A DNA stretch of 64,000 bases from Promethearchaeota archaeon (GTDB lineage Archaea > Asgardarchaeota > Lokiarchaeia > Sigyniarchaeales > SOKP01). The stretch is taken from NCBI GenBank assembly GCA_019058365.1, contig JAHPZE010000005.1, positions 185,751 to 249,750 on the forward strand, in the 5' to 3' direction. The notes below the pieces were generated by a model, which did not search any database, was not told where the DNA came from, and saw only the letters and a list, made by a program, of their open reading frames with translations. A program made the translations under genes and the position numbers. Shown here piece by piece: positions 39,229-49,830 of this stretch; position 1 is the stretch's first letter; each line of letters opens with the position of its first letter.

Positions 39229-41718
39229 ATGATTATAGAAAACGATTTAATCAGAATTACAGTTGACGACTATAAGAATTATACATCTGAGAAAATTGAG
39301 GTTAAAGATAAAAATGATTGGATTCCATTTCTAGCGAGTAATGATAAATGTAGCACATTGAATTTTTGGTCAAATAACAAAAGGCAAACAAAACCATTAT
39401 TATATCTAAAAAGTAAGAAAAAAAAATTATATTACCAGTTAAACGATGATGATTTCTTATTAAATTTAGATTATTGCTTAGAAGAACAGAATATAATTCA
39501 TATTAGATATAAGTTATCTAACAAAAGAGAGCTCTGTTTATCAAAGATCCTTGTAAATTATGAAGTTTTATTGGGAAAAGATCCAGAATATATCTGGGTC
39601 CCTCATATTTGCCCTGGAGAAGATTATGTAATAGCAGCCCATGTCTTTCGATCACCAGTCATACTCTATAAAAAAAATAATTATGCTTTTGCGTTAATTC
39701 CTGATTTGAAAACTTTAGGAAATAATCATCCCTTTCCAACTTTTCTTAATTTCAATTTAAAACCCGTTTATCCTGGCAAAAATCCTCAATTGTCATATGG
39801 ATTTGGAAATTATAAACCTATTCAGCATGTTCTTTTCAAACACGATCCTTCAATAGAGTGGATAGTTGAGCAAAATACTGATTTAACCTTTCGATTTTAT
39901 ATTATAGTTTTTATTGACAAATCGATTAATGATATTTTAAAATTTGTTAATAACTTTTTCTGGGAGAAATATGGTAGGAAAACCTTGTTTAAAAGTTTAG
40001 AACCTCAGATATTACCATTTGAGAATAATGTTTACGAAGGTTATATGGCTTTATTTGAGCGACATAAGTTTTGGGGAGATTTTAAAATAAATGAGGTAGA
40101 ATGCGGGGGAATTTGGTTTAGGTCTTGGGCAGGAAAGTATAAAAAACCTATTGAATTCATAAAGCCTGAGAGGTTAAGTGAATATAGAAATAAAAGCACC
40201 TCTGGATTGCCAAGTTCACAATCAAAGGCTACAGATATGATAAACGATCTACAATATAACCCAGAAAAAGTTAAATGGTTTGATAAATATACACGGAAAA
40301 GAGCTTATATTCATAGAACTGCTGAAATTTGGAATAATGCCTTTTTTCTAAATATGAGAACAGCTTATGGATTAAGATATTTTGGAGAATTATGGAATAA
40401 TCAAGGTCTTAAAGATAAAGGAATCAGGATATTAAATACTATATTAAGTTTACCTCGAATAAGAGGAGTATTTCCAAGTGTTATTTTTCCCGCATCTTTA
40501 AATTCTAATGTAATATCAACTATTAATGGTCTTAAAGCGTTCAGTTATACAGATGATTTTCATATAGTTGATTCTTGCCTTGTTATGTATTGGGCATTAC
40601 AATATTATCAAGATTTTAAGGCAGAGGAGAAAATTGTTGAGATGTGTGAAAAATTAGTAGATCTTATTGAGGATATTCAAATGAATAATGGAGAAATTCC
40701 AAGTTATATAAATTTTAAAGAAGATGTAAGAAAACCTATAATAAGTGATATTTTGATGAATTCGGCAAGTTCAGGAGCATCATTATTATTTCTGGTGGAA
40801 TATTATAAAGTTTCAAAAGAACCAAGAATAATAGAAATTGTTAAGAGAATTACAAATTTTATCAATAATGAAATTATTCCCATAAATAAATGGCATGATT
40901 TCGAACCTTTCTTTAGCTGTAGTCAATATCCATTGGATACTTTTGATAATTATACAAATAGTCACATTATAAATACCTTATGCATTTATTGGTGTGCAGA
41001 GGGATTTAAAGAATTATATAAGGCAACGAAATACAATAAATATTTAAAAATTGGTGAACATGTATTAGCAATATTATCCTTATTTCAACAAGTATGGAAT
41101 ATGCCCTACATTAGTATTAATACATTTGGAGGATTTGGGGTACAAAATGCGGATGCTGAGTTAAATGATGCTAGACAAGGATTATTTATTCGTACATATA
41201 TGGATTATTATTTATTAACTGGAAGAGATGAATACATGGAAAGAGGAATTGCAGCATTAAGAGCATCTTGGGTATTGCAACTACTGCCAGAGAATGAAAT
41301 TCAAAGTCCTGGCAATTTACAAGGAATTGATACTATTGAAGGTGTAGATAAAGGAGTTGTATATGAAAATTATGGCCATACTGGAAGTGATTTTAGAACT
41401 CCAGGACATATAGCTTTTGATTGGGGTGTTGGAACTGCTGCAACTGCAACTGCATATGTAAAAAAGCATTTTGGTGATTTGTTCATAGATTTTAAGGAAG
41501 AAAAAATATGGGGTATTAATGCTTTGTTAATACAACATTATGAGTTTTTACAAGATAGAATTACAATAGATTATTCTAAGATTCCTAAGAAAAAACATAT
41601 TCTCATCAAAGCTAGAGATGCTCCTTCTTATCAAATAGAAATTGTAATAAATAGTAATTCAATAGGGTTGTATGATAAAGAAACATTAGAAAAAGGATTT
41701 AGAAAAGAATTTGAGTAA
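39229..41718 (+). CDS. Large hypothetical protein, possibly an (alpha/alpha)-toroid glycosidase-like fold
   Basis: 829 aa with a beta-rich N-terminus and aromatic-rich helical repeats (AEGFKELYKAT, YYLLTGRDEYMERG). Confidence 0.55.
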   Translation: MIIENDLIRITVDDYKNYTSEKIEVKDKNDWIPFLASNDKCSTLNFWSNNKRQTKPLLYLKSKKKKLYYQLNDDDFLLNLDYCLEEQNIIHIRYKLSNKRELCLSKILVNYEVLLGKDPEYIWVPHICPGEDYVIAAHVFRSPVILYKKNNYAFALIPDLKTLGNNHPFPTFLNFNLKPVYPGKNPQLSYGFGNYKPIQHVLFKHDPSIEWIVEQNTDLTFRFYIIVFIDKSINDILKFVNNFFWEKYGRKTLFKSLEPQILPFENNVYEGYMALFERHKFWGDFKINEVECGGIWFRSWAGKYKKPIEFIKPERLSEYRNKSTSGLPSSQSKATDMINDLQYNPEKVKWFDKYTRKRAYIHRTAEIWNNAFFLNMRTAYGLRYFGELWNNQGLKDKGIRILNTILSLPRIRGVFPSVIFPASLNSNVISTINGLKAFSYTDDFHIVDSCLVMYWALQYYQDFKAEEKIVEMCEKLVDLIEDIQMNNGEIPSYINFKEDVRKPIISDILMNSASSGASLLFLVEYYKVSKEPRIIEIVKRITNFINNEIIPINKWHDFEPFFSCSQYPLDTFDNYTNSHIINTLCIYWCAEGFKELYKATKYNKYLKIGEHVLAILSLFQQVWNMPYISINTFGGFGVQNADAELNDARQGLFIRTYMDYYLLTGRDEYMERGIAALRASWVLQLLPENEIQSPGNLQGIDTIEGVDKGVVYENYGHTGSDFRTPGHIAFDWGVGTAATATAYVKKHFGDLFIDFKEEKIWGINALLIQHYEFLQDRITIDYSKIPKKKHILIKARDAPSYQIEIVINSNSIGLYDKETLEKGFRKEFE

Positions 41719-41722
41719 ATAA

Positions 41723-42589
41723 ATGAATTTAGTAAAATCCCCTATAATATCTTGTAGTCGTAGAACGGATATACCTGCATTTTTGATGAATTGGGTTATT
41801 CAACAAATGAAAATTGGATACGTAGATGTAATAAATCCCTTTAATCGAAAACAAATATCTCACATTTCATTAAAACCAGAAGATGTTAAATGTTGGGTTT
41901 GGTGGTCAAAGAATTTTGAGGATTGGATAAAAAAATTCAATGAGAATAAAAATCTTTTTAGAATATATAGAGGTCATTCATTCCAATTTACAATAAACTC
42001 CCCATCTGAGTTAGAGAATAATGTAAAAATTTCTTTAGAGAATAGGTTTAAGCAACTAGCGTGGTTAATAAAAGAATTCGGTTTATTAGCAGTTAATTTT
42101 AGGTTTGATCCAATAATCTTATACAAAAAACACAATTCTAATAAAGTATATAGTAATTTAGATCATTTTGAATACATTATCAAGAATGTTTCAGTTTTTG
42201 GGTTGAAGGAAATGATTTTTTCCTTTGCCACCATCTATCCAAAAGTAAAAAGTCGAATGTATACAAGAGGGTATATTCCAATAGATCCTACCTTCGAAAA
42301 GAAAAAAGAGATTCTCGATAATATGATAGAGATTTGTGCCAAATATGATATTAAAATGAAAGCTTGTTGTCAACCAGATTTACTTGAAATAGAGGGAATT
42401 GAGCAAGCACATTGTATTGATGCTTACAAAATTGAAAGGATTGTAAAGGAACCAATTCCTAAAATTAAGGATACTGGCCAAAGGGATCATTGTGGCTGTT
42501 CTAAGTCAAAAGATATTGGGGGATATTCAGGAATTTTTCGATGTAAACATAATTGCGCTTACTGTTATGCTTCCCCAGCAAAAAGATAA
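41723..42589 (+). CDS. DUF1848-family protein
   Basis: IISCSRRTDIPAF, WSKN, RFDPI and C-terminal CKHNCAYCYA. Confidence 0.9.
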   Translation: MNLVKSPIISCSRRTDIPAFLMNWVIQQMKIGYVDVINPFNRKQISHISLKPEDVKCWVWWSKNFEDWIKKFNENKNLFRIYRGHSFQFTINSPSELENNVKISLENRFKQLAWLIKEFGLLAVNFRFDPIILYKKHNSNKVYSNLDHFEYIIKNVSVFGLKEMIFSFATIYPKVKSRMYTRGYIPIDPTFEKKKEILDNMIEICAKYDIKMKACCQPDLLEIEGIEQAHCIDAYKIERIVKEPIPKIKDTGQRDHCGCSKSKDIGGYSGIFRCKHNCAYCYASPAKR

Positions 42590-42639
42590 TAAAAAAAGCT
42601 ATTTTTTTTTTATATGAGATATAATTGTATGATTCCTAG

Positions 42640-42911
42640 AGGGATGTACAACTGAGAGTTCAAAAAATATGTCATAAAAGCAAAACATGCCCCATTGATC
42701 AATAATTTTACCTTTGGAATTTATATATAATATTCTTAAACCCTCAAATGCTGCTTCTTTCCCTGTATATAGGTTGAAAACCCTAACCTTCTCCTAAATG
42801 TTTACCATGTCCTTTATAGCGAATCCATACCTTATATTCCTCTCTTTTTCTCTCAACTTTTTCGTATTTTAAATTGGGAAATAATATTTTTTCAGTTTCT
42901 TCAACCTTCAT
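42640..42911 (-). pseudogene. SnoaL-like ester cyclase remnant
   Basis: FPNLKYE...KVWIRYKGHGKHLGEG*GFQP, then a frameshift, then TGKEAAFEGLRI...GKIIDQWG. The end coordinate is approximate. Confidence 0.6.
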
Positions 42912-43085
42912 ATTATATCATAATAAATTTATTTTTTAAATAAAAAATAGAGTTATAAATTTTAATAAAATCTAATATTTTGAATATTAAAGAAAAACCA
43001 AAATAATTATTTTGTAAAAATTTTTCAATTCTGATATTATAGATCATATTAATGTTGAGGTTTTAATTAAGAAAGAGGTATTATT

Positions 43086-43970
43086 ATGCCAATATGTAAA
43101 TTTTACATAGTAGATGTGTTTGCTGAAAGGAAATTTGAAGGGAATCAGCTTGCTGTGTTTATCTGTGATGAAGTACTCTTTGAAGCTGAAATGCAGAAAA
43201 TAGCAAAAGAAATTAACTATTCTGAGACAACCTTTATTACATCAAAAGAAAATTATGATGTTCGGATATTTACTCCCGAAGTAGAATTGGCTTTTGCGGG
43301 GCATCCGACATTAGGAACTGCTTTTGTGATTCAACAAGAATTAATTAAAGAAAATGTTAAAACTTTACTTTTGAATCTCAAGATCGGTCCAATTCCGGTG
43401 TTATTTAAATACAAATCAGGAAAGCCTGATATTATTTGGATGGAACAAAATCCACCAATATTTAGTAGATTCTTTGATACAGAAACAATTTCATTGATAT
43501 TAAATTTAAAGGAAAGTGATATTGATGATAGGTTTCCAATTCAAGAAGTCTCTACAGGGGAACCTTTTATAATTGTACCATTAAAAACCTTAGATGCCTT
43601 AAAAAGAGCTAAAGTAGATGTGGAGAAATGTCTTGACCTTGTGGAGAACACTGAAGCAAAGTCAATATTGATTTTTTGTCCTCAAACACATAAAAAAGGA
43701 AATGACTTAAGTGTACGAGTTTTTGCTCATTATCAAGGAATACCAGAAGATCCTGCAACAGGTTCAGGAAATGGATGTCTTGCAGCATATCTAGTGAAGC
43801 ATCAATATTTCATTAAAAATAGCATAAATGTCAGAGTTGAGCAAGGATATGAAATCAACCGTCCTTCATTGCTTTATTTAAAGGCTGAAGAAAGTGATGG
43901 TGGTACAATAAGTGTTTCAGTTGGAGGGAGAGTTTTTCTTATTGCTATAGGAGAATTATCTCATGATTAA
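43086..43970 (+). CDS. PhzF-family isomerase
   Basis: VDVF, GNQLAV, SETTF, FAGHPTLG and EDPATGS. Confidence 0.92.
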   Translation: MPICKFYIVDVFAERKFEGNQLAVFICDEVLFEAEMQKIAKEINYSETTFITSKENYDVRIFTPEVELAFAGHPTLGTAFVIQQELIKENVKTLLLNLKIGPIPVLFKYKSGKPDIIWMEQNPPIFSRFFDTETISLILNLKESDIDDRFPIQEVSTGEPFIIVPLKTLDALKRAKVDVEKCLDLVENTEAKSILIFCPQTHKKGNDLSVRVFAHYQGIPEDPATGSGNGCLAAYLVKHQYFIKNSINVRVEQGYEINRPSLLYLKAEESDGGTISVSVGGRVFLIAIGELSHD

Positions 43971-43999
43971 AAATTTACTATACGAATAATTAAAAAATT

Positions 44000-45118
44000 T
44001 TAAACGCTAGTTCTATATGCTTTAACTTTTTTTACTAACGCATTTACCTCTTTAGAATGAGAAAATAAAGCACATGGAGAGCCATTAGTTTCTAATAAAT
44101 GTTCACTTTCTCGAATTATCTTGAATAATTTGCTATTTAAACCTTCCCTTAATGTATTTTTAGTTAAATTATGAGTTGCAATATTAGAAACTGGACAAGG
44201 TGTCAAATCACCTAATGGTGTTATATGAGCAAATCCTCTGCCTGCTGAGACACATCCACTCATATATTCTTCATCTCCGGGAGAATGTATAAGAAATATT
44301 TGTTTAGTTTCTCGGTATTGTAAAACTTTTTCTCTGAATTCTTTACTTTCTTCATTAGTAAGCATCAATTCTGTATCATTATCTACTGGAATATATTCAA
44401 GAAGGAAAGCCAAACGAACACCTTTAGACATCAGATCATCGATATTTTTGGGGTTCATCCAAAATTTTACATTTTTTCGATTTATCGTCACTGAAATCCC
44501 ACTAATCACTCCCTTACTATCTAACTCGTTAATGGTATTAATGGCTTTTTCGTAAACTCCTTCACCTCTTCGTTTATCAGTTAAATCTTGATCTCCTTCA
44601 ATACTTACCATTATTATTGTATTTCTTAATCGTTTAAGTTTTTCAATATATTGAGCTTGTAAGATTGTTCCATTTGTAAAAATCAAGAATAACCTATCTT
44701 TGAATTCCTCATTTATTTTTAATAAATCAGGCATTAAGAAAGGTTCCCCACCCGCTATTATAAAAGCAAACACACCTAGTTCTTTTGCTTCTTGAATTAT
44801 TTTTATCCATTGTTCCAAAGTTAGTGAATTATTAGTTTTCTGGTAACATAATGTACCTGTTGCTGCGGCATAGCAACCAGCACATTTAAGATTGCAATTT
44901 GACGTTATACTTAATATTAGGAATGGAGGTACTTTTAATCCTTTAAGCAGCTCTTCTCCTCTTATATTTCGAGACTTTCTATACGCTTTCGCTAATCTTA
45001 TCATTGTATACATACTTTTTGGATGTTTTAAAATCCAAGGCATGAAGATTTTAGCCATTATTGGATCAACTTTCTTTAGAGTGCGGTTAATATAATTAGT
45101 ATTTTTTTCGTCCATCAT
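44000..45118 (-). CDS. Radical SAM/SPASM-type protein
   Basis: CNLKCAGC, GGEP, and C-terminal GCVSAG...PCP...PC. Confidence 0.9.
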   Translation of the reverse strand: MMDEKNTNYINRTLKKVDPIMAKIFMPWILKHPKSMYTMIRLAKAYRKSRNIRGEELLKGLKVPPFLILSITSNCNLKCAGCYAAATGTLCYQKTNNSLTLEQWIKIIQEAKELGVFAFIIAGGEPFLMPDLLKINEEFKDRLFLIFTNGTILQAQYIEKLKRLRNTIIMVSIEGDQDLTDKRRGEGVYEKAINTINELDSKGVISGISVTINRKNVKFWMNPKNIDDLMSKGVRLAFLLEYIPVDNDTELMLTNEESKEFREKVLQYRETKQIFLIHSPGDEEYMSGCVSAGRGFAHITPLGDLTPCPVSNIATHNLTKNTLREGLNSKLFKIIRESEHLLETNGSPCALFSHSKEVNALVKKVKAYRTSV

Positions 45119-45308
45119 TTATTCAATTTTCCTTTATCGTATTAGATTATAATTTTTAAATTCATTGTATGATTTTAAGGAAAATATTGCTTAACTTATA
45201 ATTTCAGTAGTCCATTATTTATTAAAAATAGAAGTTTGCTACACAAGTGTTTAAGAAACTCTTTTAATCATATTTATAACTATTATCTCATAAGTTTTAA
45301 AGAAAGTC

Positions 45309-45875
45309 TTGTTTTTAGTTTATTTTATATTCAAAAATTTTTATAAGCAATCTAAAATTTTAAAAAAAATGAATAAGCTAAGTGAAAAAAAGGCTGAAGA
45401 GAAAGTTCCATTAATAGGAATTGGTCCTAAATTACTAATAATAATGTGCCCATTTTTTGTTTTATTTGGAGTTTTAACTTCAATTTTTTATCCAATTTTT
45501 CAAATCCCGATAAATTTTTATCTATTAGTTATTATTGGATCTATTTTAATAACATTTGGACTTTTTGTGTTTATATATTCTGAGAGAATTTTAAGTATGG
45601 CTTATAATTCATCAGAATTAATCACAATAAAAACTTATGCATATGTAAGACATCCAATGTACGCTTCTTGGGGTTTAGCAACACTTCCAGGTATTTTCTG
45701 CTTACTTAATAGCTGGATTCTCTTCATAATTCTTGTTATATATTATTTATTTGTTAGAATTTTATTACAAAAGGAAGAAAGATATTTATTAGAAAAATAT
45801 GGTAAAAAGTATGTTCATTATATAAAAAATGTGAATGCCTTCTTTCCAAAATTGAAAAAGTATAAACCAGAATAA
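45309..45875 (+). CDS. ICMT/PEMT-family membrane methyltransferase (start probably 45369)
   Basis: YAYVRHPMY and EERYL motifs with TM helices. Confidence 0.85.
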   Translation: MFLVYFIFKNFYKQSKILKKMNKLSEKKAEEKVPLIGIGPKLLIIMCPFFVLFGVLTSIFYPIFQIPINFYLLVIIGSILITFGLFVFIYSERILSMAYNSSELITIKTYAYVRHPMYASWGLATLPGIFCLLNSWILFIILVIYYLFVRILLQKEERYLLEKYGKKYVHYIKNVNAFFPKLKKYKPE

Positions 45876-45884
45876 AATCATTAA

Positions 45885-47333
45885 ATGATTAGCATGGATA
45901 TCAAATTAAAGTATGCGGTTATTACACTTTGTATAATTTTATTCCAATCAGGTTTAAAGTTAATTGGCGTGTTAATTACTAGAAGTTTGAGTTTTTTATC
46001 TGAAACCGTAGATACTTTAGTAGATATACTGTTTGTCTCTATAACTTTATATTCATTATATTATAGTCAAAAACCAGCTGATTACGAACATATGTATGGG
46101 CATAGTAAAATTGATTCTATTTCAGGATTGATTCAGGGAGTTATATTGATGAACGTTTATGTTGTATTAATTTATAATGCGATTCAAGTAATTATATTAA
46201 GTGAATTTGATATTACAAATCCTGAAATTGGTTTAATTATATTAATTACTTCATTTATTGTAAATTTAATTTTCTCTAGAATACTCATTTCAAAAGGAAA
46301 GCAACAAAAAAGTATAACCATGGAAATTCAGGGTCTTAACTTATTTCAAGATTCTATTAGAGCTATCATAGTTCTATTCAGTTTTATCTTTGCATATTTT
46401 AACGTTATTTTTCTTGATCCAATACTTAGTATTGTTCTTTCTGTATGGATAATAATAGGTGCACTTAAATTGGCTAAACAAGGTGTTAAAGAACTCACAG
46501 ATACGAATCCAATAAGTTCAATTATCTTTGAAGAATTAAGACAGAATATTTTTACCTTAGAGCATGTTATTGGGGTACATGATATCAAAATACGAACTAG
46601 TGGAAAAGCTTTATTTTTAGAAGTTCATTTATCAGTTGAAGATCACATTTCCATTATCCATGCAAATGAAATCATAAAGTCAATAAGAAGCATGAGTGAG
46701 AAGTTATTTCCATTATATGAAGTAGAGTGTATTGTAGAAATGAATCCTATAGCCGGTGAAAAATCAATAGGGGAAGGGTTAATAAATCTAATTTTTTCAA
46801 TGAAATTAGAATATCCAGAAATTCAAGATTTTAAAGATCTTAATATATTTAGAATTGAGAATGAATACTTTATTTCTTTAATTGTTATGGTCGATGAAAA
46901 TCTTTCACTTACCGAAGCGCATGATATATGCTCTAGTTTTGAAGATGAGATAAAAATGGAAGCTCCTTTAATATCAAGAGTGATTACTCATATTGAAAGC
47001 CGACCTCATAGTGCAGTTCTTATACCGAATCAAATAAAATGTGCTGAGGTAGGATCAGAGATGATCCAACAAATAAGGAAAGAAGTAGAAGAGGTGCTAA
47101 GAGCGCATTCTCAAGTTAAAGGATATCATGGATTAGAATTTTGGGCGACATTGGATTACTGCATCTTAGAAATTCATGTATTTTTTGCTGGCTCGCTTAA
47201 TATTTCACGAACACATGAATATATAACAGAATTAGAAATTAAAATTAGAGAAAAATTAGGGATAGATAACTTGGATACAATTTTCCTTCATTCTGAACCA
47301 ATTGAGGGCAGAAAGGAAGGGATTATCTTTTAA
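45885..47333 (+). CDS. Cation diffusion facilitator with three tandem C-terminal ZT_dimer-like domains
   Basis: PADYEHMYGHSK plus a CDF TM domain. Three repeats of the pattern L(S/N)xxxxHxxxxxxE...xHxEP (SIIHANEI, LSLTEAHDI, LNISRTHEY). Confidence 0.88.
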   Translation: MISMDIKLKYAVITLCIILFQSGLKLIGVLITRSLSFLSETVDTLVDILFVSITLYSLYYSQKPADYEHMYGHSKIDSISGLIQGVILMNVYVVLIYNAIQVIILSEFDITNPEIGLIILITSFIVNLIFSRILISKGKQQKSITMEIQGLNLFQDSIRAIIVLFSFIFAYFNVIFLDPILSIVLSVWIIIGALKLAKQGVKELTDTNPISSIIFEELRQNIFTLEHVIGVHDIKIRTSGKALFLEVHLSVEDHISIIHANEIIKSIRSMSEKLFPLYEVECIVEMNPIAGEKSIGEGLINLIFSMKLEYPEIQDFKDLNIFRIENEYFISLIVMVDENLSLTEAHDICSSFEDEIKMEAPLISRVITHIESRPHSAVLIPNQIKCAEVGSEMIQQIRKEVEEVLRAHSQVKGYHGLEFWATLDYCILEIHVFFAGSLNISRTHEYITELEIKIREKLGIDNLDTIFLHSEPIEGRKEGIIF

Positions 47334-47346
47334 TAACAATTCTTAT

Positions 47347-48486
47347 TTAAAAGGGAAAGTCGTAGTGATCTAATCCAAGTTCTTTTTGCATTACTTTAAT
47401 ATCTTTTTGCAAACTTTTATTTATTGGAATCCCTGTATTTCTTCTTTCCAATTCAGAATAAAATTCTTTTTCCCCCGCTGTGTAGATTTTTTCTTTCCCT
47501 GGTGCTTTTTTAGAACTCCTCAATTCTCGCATGATATTGCCAGTTATTTCTTTAAAACGATCGATTGGAATGAAATTTTGAATGTTTATTACCAAAAAGA
47601 AATGCCCTACTTTTAATCTTTCTTGACCTTCTTCTATAACACCAGCTGTATCTTTAAGATATACTCCATCCTGTAATGCAGAACATAGTATTTCAGCAAA
47701 TGTTGCATAACCATATCCTTTATGACCCGAAGTATCTTCCCCTTTACCTCCTAAAGGTAATAATGCCGCAGAACGGTTAACTAATTTGTCTAATACAATA
47801 CGGGGATCTGTTTTTGAATTACCATTATTAGAAATAATTAATCCCTCTGGTAAAGGCTTATGTAATCTGTTATATACTTCTACTTTACCTCTTTGAATAA
47901 TAGAGGTTGCGCAATCTAATAAAAATGGAAAGTCTTCATCTGTAGGAGCACCATATGTTAGTGGATTTGTTCCTAACATTGGTTCTGCTCCAAAGGTAGG
48001 TGGGACAGAAGGTCGCGTATTTGTAGTGACAAAACCTATCATTCCCTCTTTGATTGCCATGAGTGAATAATAACCAGCGATCCCAAAATGAGAACTATTA
48101 CGTACTGCAACTGCTCCAAGACCGTAGTTTTTAGCTTTTTCAATAGCTAATCTCATTGCACGATATGCAATAACATGTCCCATTCCATAACCTCCATCTA
48201 AAACTGCTGTAGTAGCATCATCTCTGATAACTTGAATATTTGTTTTTGGATTATAAATACCCTGTTTAATTCTATCATAATACATTTTACATCTTTGAAT
48301 ACCATGTGAATCAATACCCCTCAAATCGGATGTAATAAGAACATCAGCTATAATTTCTGCATGTTCTTCAGGAACTTCCAACTCAATGAAAACATCTTTT
48401 ATAAAATCCTTAAGAGTATCGACATCTACATAAACTATGTCTTCTGTGTGATTTAAGGGTGGTTCCTCAAGTAGTTTTTCTATCAT
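47347..48486 (-). CDS. Ldh-2 family (ComC/AllD-like) oxidoreductase
   Basis: DLRGIDSHG, NSSHFG, GTNP and GHKGYG. Confidence 0.92.
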   Translation of the reverse strand: MIEKLLEEPPLNHTEDIVYVDVDTLKDFIKDVFIELEVPEEHAEIIADVLITSDLRGIDSHGIQRCKMYYDRIKQGIYNPKTNIQVIRDDATTAVLDGGYGMGHVIAYRAMRLAIEKAKNYGLGAVAVRNSSHFGIAGYYSLMAIKEGMIGFVTTNTRPSVPPTFGAEPMLGTNPLTYGAPTDEDFPFLLDCATSIIQRGKVEVYNRLHKPLPEGLIISNNGNSKTDPRIVLDKLVNRSAALLPLGGKGEDTSGHKGYGYATFAEILCSALQDGVYLKDTAGVIEEGQERLKVGHFFLVINIQNFIPIDRFKEITGNIMRELRSSKKAPGKEKIYTAGEKEFYSELERRNTGIPINKSLQKDIKVMQKELGLDHYDFPF

Positions 48487-48734
48487 TTTCTTAAAGTACC
48501 AAAAAAAAAGTTGATAGAAATAGATTAGGAACCTTTCTATTTAATCAAAATCCTATTTAATATAAGGTGAATAATAGTGATTAAGAGGTTGTTTTTAATA
48601 TTTTATTTTGGTTTTTTTAATAATTTAATATGTTTATAAAGAGCTAAAATTTTTATATCAATTTACCAATTTATAATTTATAGGCAGAAATTTTCTTAAA
48701 ATGAAATTAAAAAGTAGTCAATTTGATAAAAAAA

Positions 48735-48852
48735 AGGCTCCTGTCAACCCTGGATTTTTGTCTTTTGGTTGTGTAAGTAATTACACAAGAAAATAACCTA
48801 CTTTACCTTTTTAAAATTTTTGCCTTGTATTGAGGCTTATTGGCAGGAGCCT
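48735..48852 (+). ncRNA. Candidate structured RNA or small palindromic element
   Basis: 13-bp closing stem (one G:U), an inner perfect 8-bp stem with a GUAA tetraloop, and a second small hairpin. Confidence 0.4.
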
Positions 48853-48929
48853 CCTCTATTAATTTGTAATTTCAAATAATTTTTATGTTAAAAAAAAAGA
48901 TCTGAATCTCTATAGAGACTAATTTTTCT

Positions 48930-49781
48930 CTATAATAAAAGAAAAGTTCCTAACAGATATGTATCCAAATTCAAATCTTTTAAGAGTTTCATATTGTTAT
49001 AAAGATAAGCATAAATGTTTTCCTCGCTAAAATATTTAAAACACGAATTGTTCCCTTTTACTTCCCTTAAGATATTTACAATTTGAGTGAGTATAGTTTT
49101 TAGATTTTTAATAACCAAATCAGTATCACTTTTAATTAAATTAATGTCTTTAATATTAAACCATGATTCTTTGCTAAATGAAATATTCTTTAGCTCAGGT
49201 TTATCTTGCATATCTTTATGGTTTTTGAAATTAATGCAAAAGTTTTCAATTTTCTCCAGAATAAAATTTTTTGATTTGGTATACATTTTATTTTCTATTA
49301 CATTTCTCAGCATTATTAAAATTTTTTGAAAAATACCTAAAATATCAAAAAAGTCAGCTACTTTTCCTAAATTTTCCACTTCTCCCCATTGGTCGTAATA
49401 ATCTTCAATCTCATTAAGAAACGGCAGAAAAATATTAATATTTCCATCCCAATTATGCCCTTTTTTCTCCCAAACAGGATCGAATTGTTTTACAAAAGCG
49501 TTTTTAATAACATTTAATCTACCTAATAAAAGTTCAGTTTTTATATGTTTTGTGTCTGCTGCCACAAAAAGCAATTTATATTTCTCTTCTAATATATAAA
49601 CCCATCTTAACCCACCCATTTCTATCGAATCTAATGATTCTTTAAATTCTACCATTGAAAAGTGGTGGAATGCTGTTAAAAAACCAGAAACTATATCTTC
49701 ATCGGCATCTGTCTTCAAAAAGGATTTATATAATAATTTAACTCCGGATTCCGCATCCATGATCCAAATAATAATGAGCAG
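48930..49781 (-). CDS. Longin-like domain protein (probable CTG start at 49781; ORF track start 49760)
   Basis: LIIIWIMDAESGVKLLY...DEDIVSGFLTAFHHFS...LLFVAAD is a longin pattern. Confidence 0.7.
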   Translation of the reverse strand: MLIIIWIMDAESGVKLLYKSFLKTDADEDIVSGFLTAFHHFSMVEFKESLDSIEMGGLRWVYILEEKYKLLFVAADTKHIKTELLLGRLNVIKNAFVKQFDPVWEKKGHNWDGNINIFLPFLNEIEDYYDQWGEVENLGKVADFFDILGIFQKILIMLRNVIENKMYTKSKNFILEKIENFCINFKNHKDMQDKPELKNISFSKESWFNIKDINLIKSDTDLVIKNLKTILTQIVNILREVKGNNSCFKYFSEENIYAYLYNNMKLLKDLNLDTYLLGTFLLL

Positions 49782-49830
49782 CTACACCTCCATTTGCTAA
49801 TACAACGCTTCTTTTTATGAGGAACTAAAT

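Noticed and set aside
45309-45875. ICMT-like enzyme acting on the Rab-like GTPase
   Set aside because: The GTPase has no C-terminal Cys motif, and this methyltransferase family is widespread in prokaryotes.
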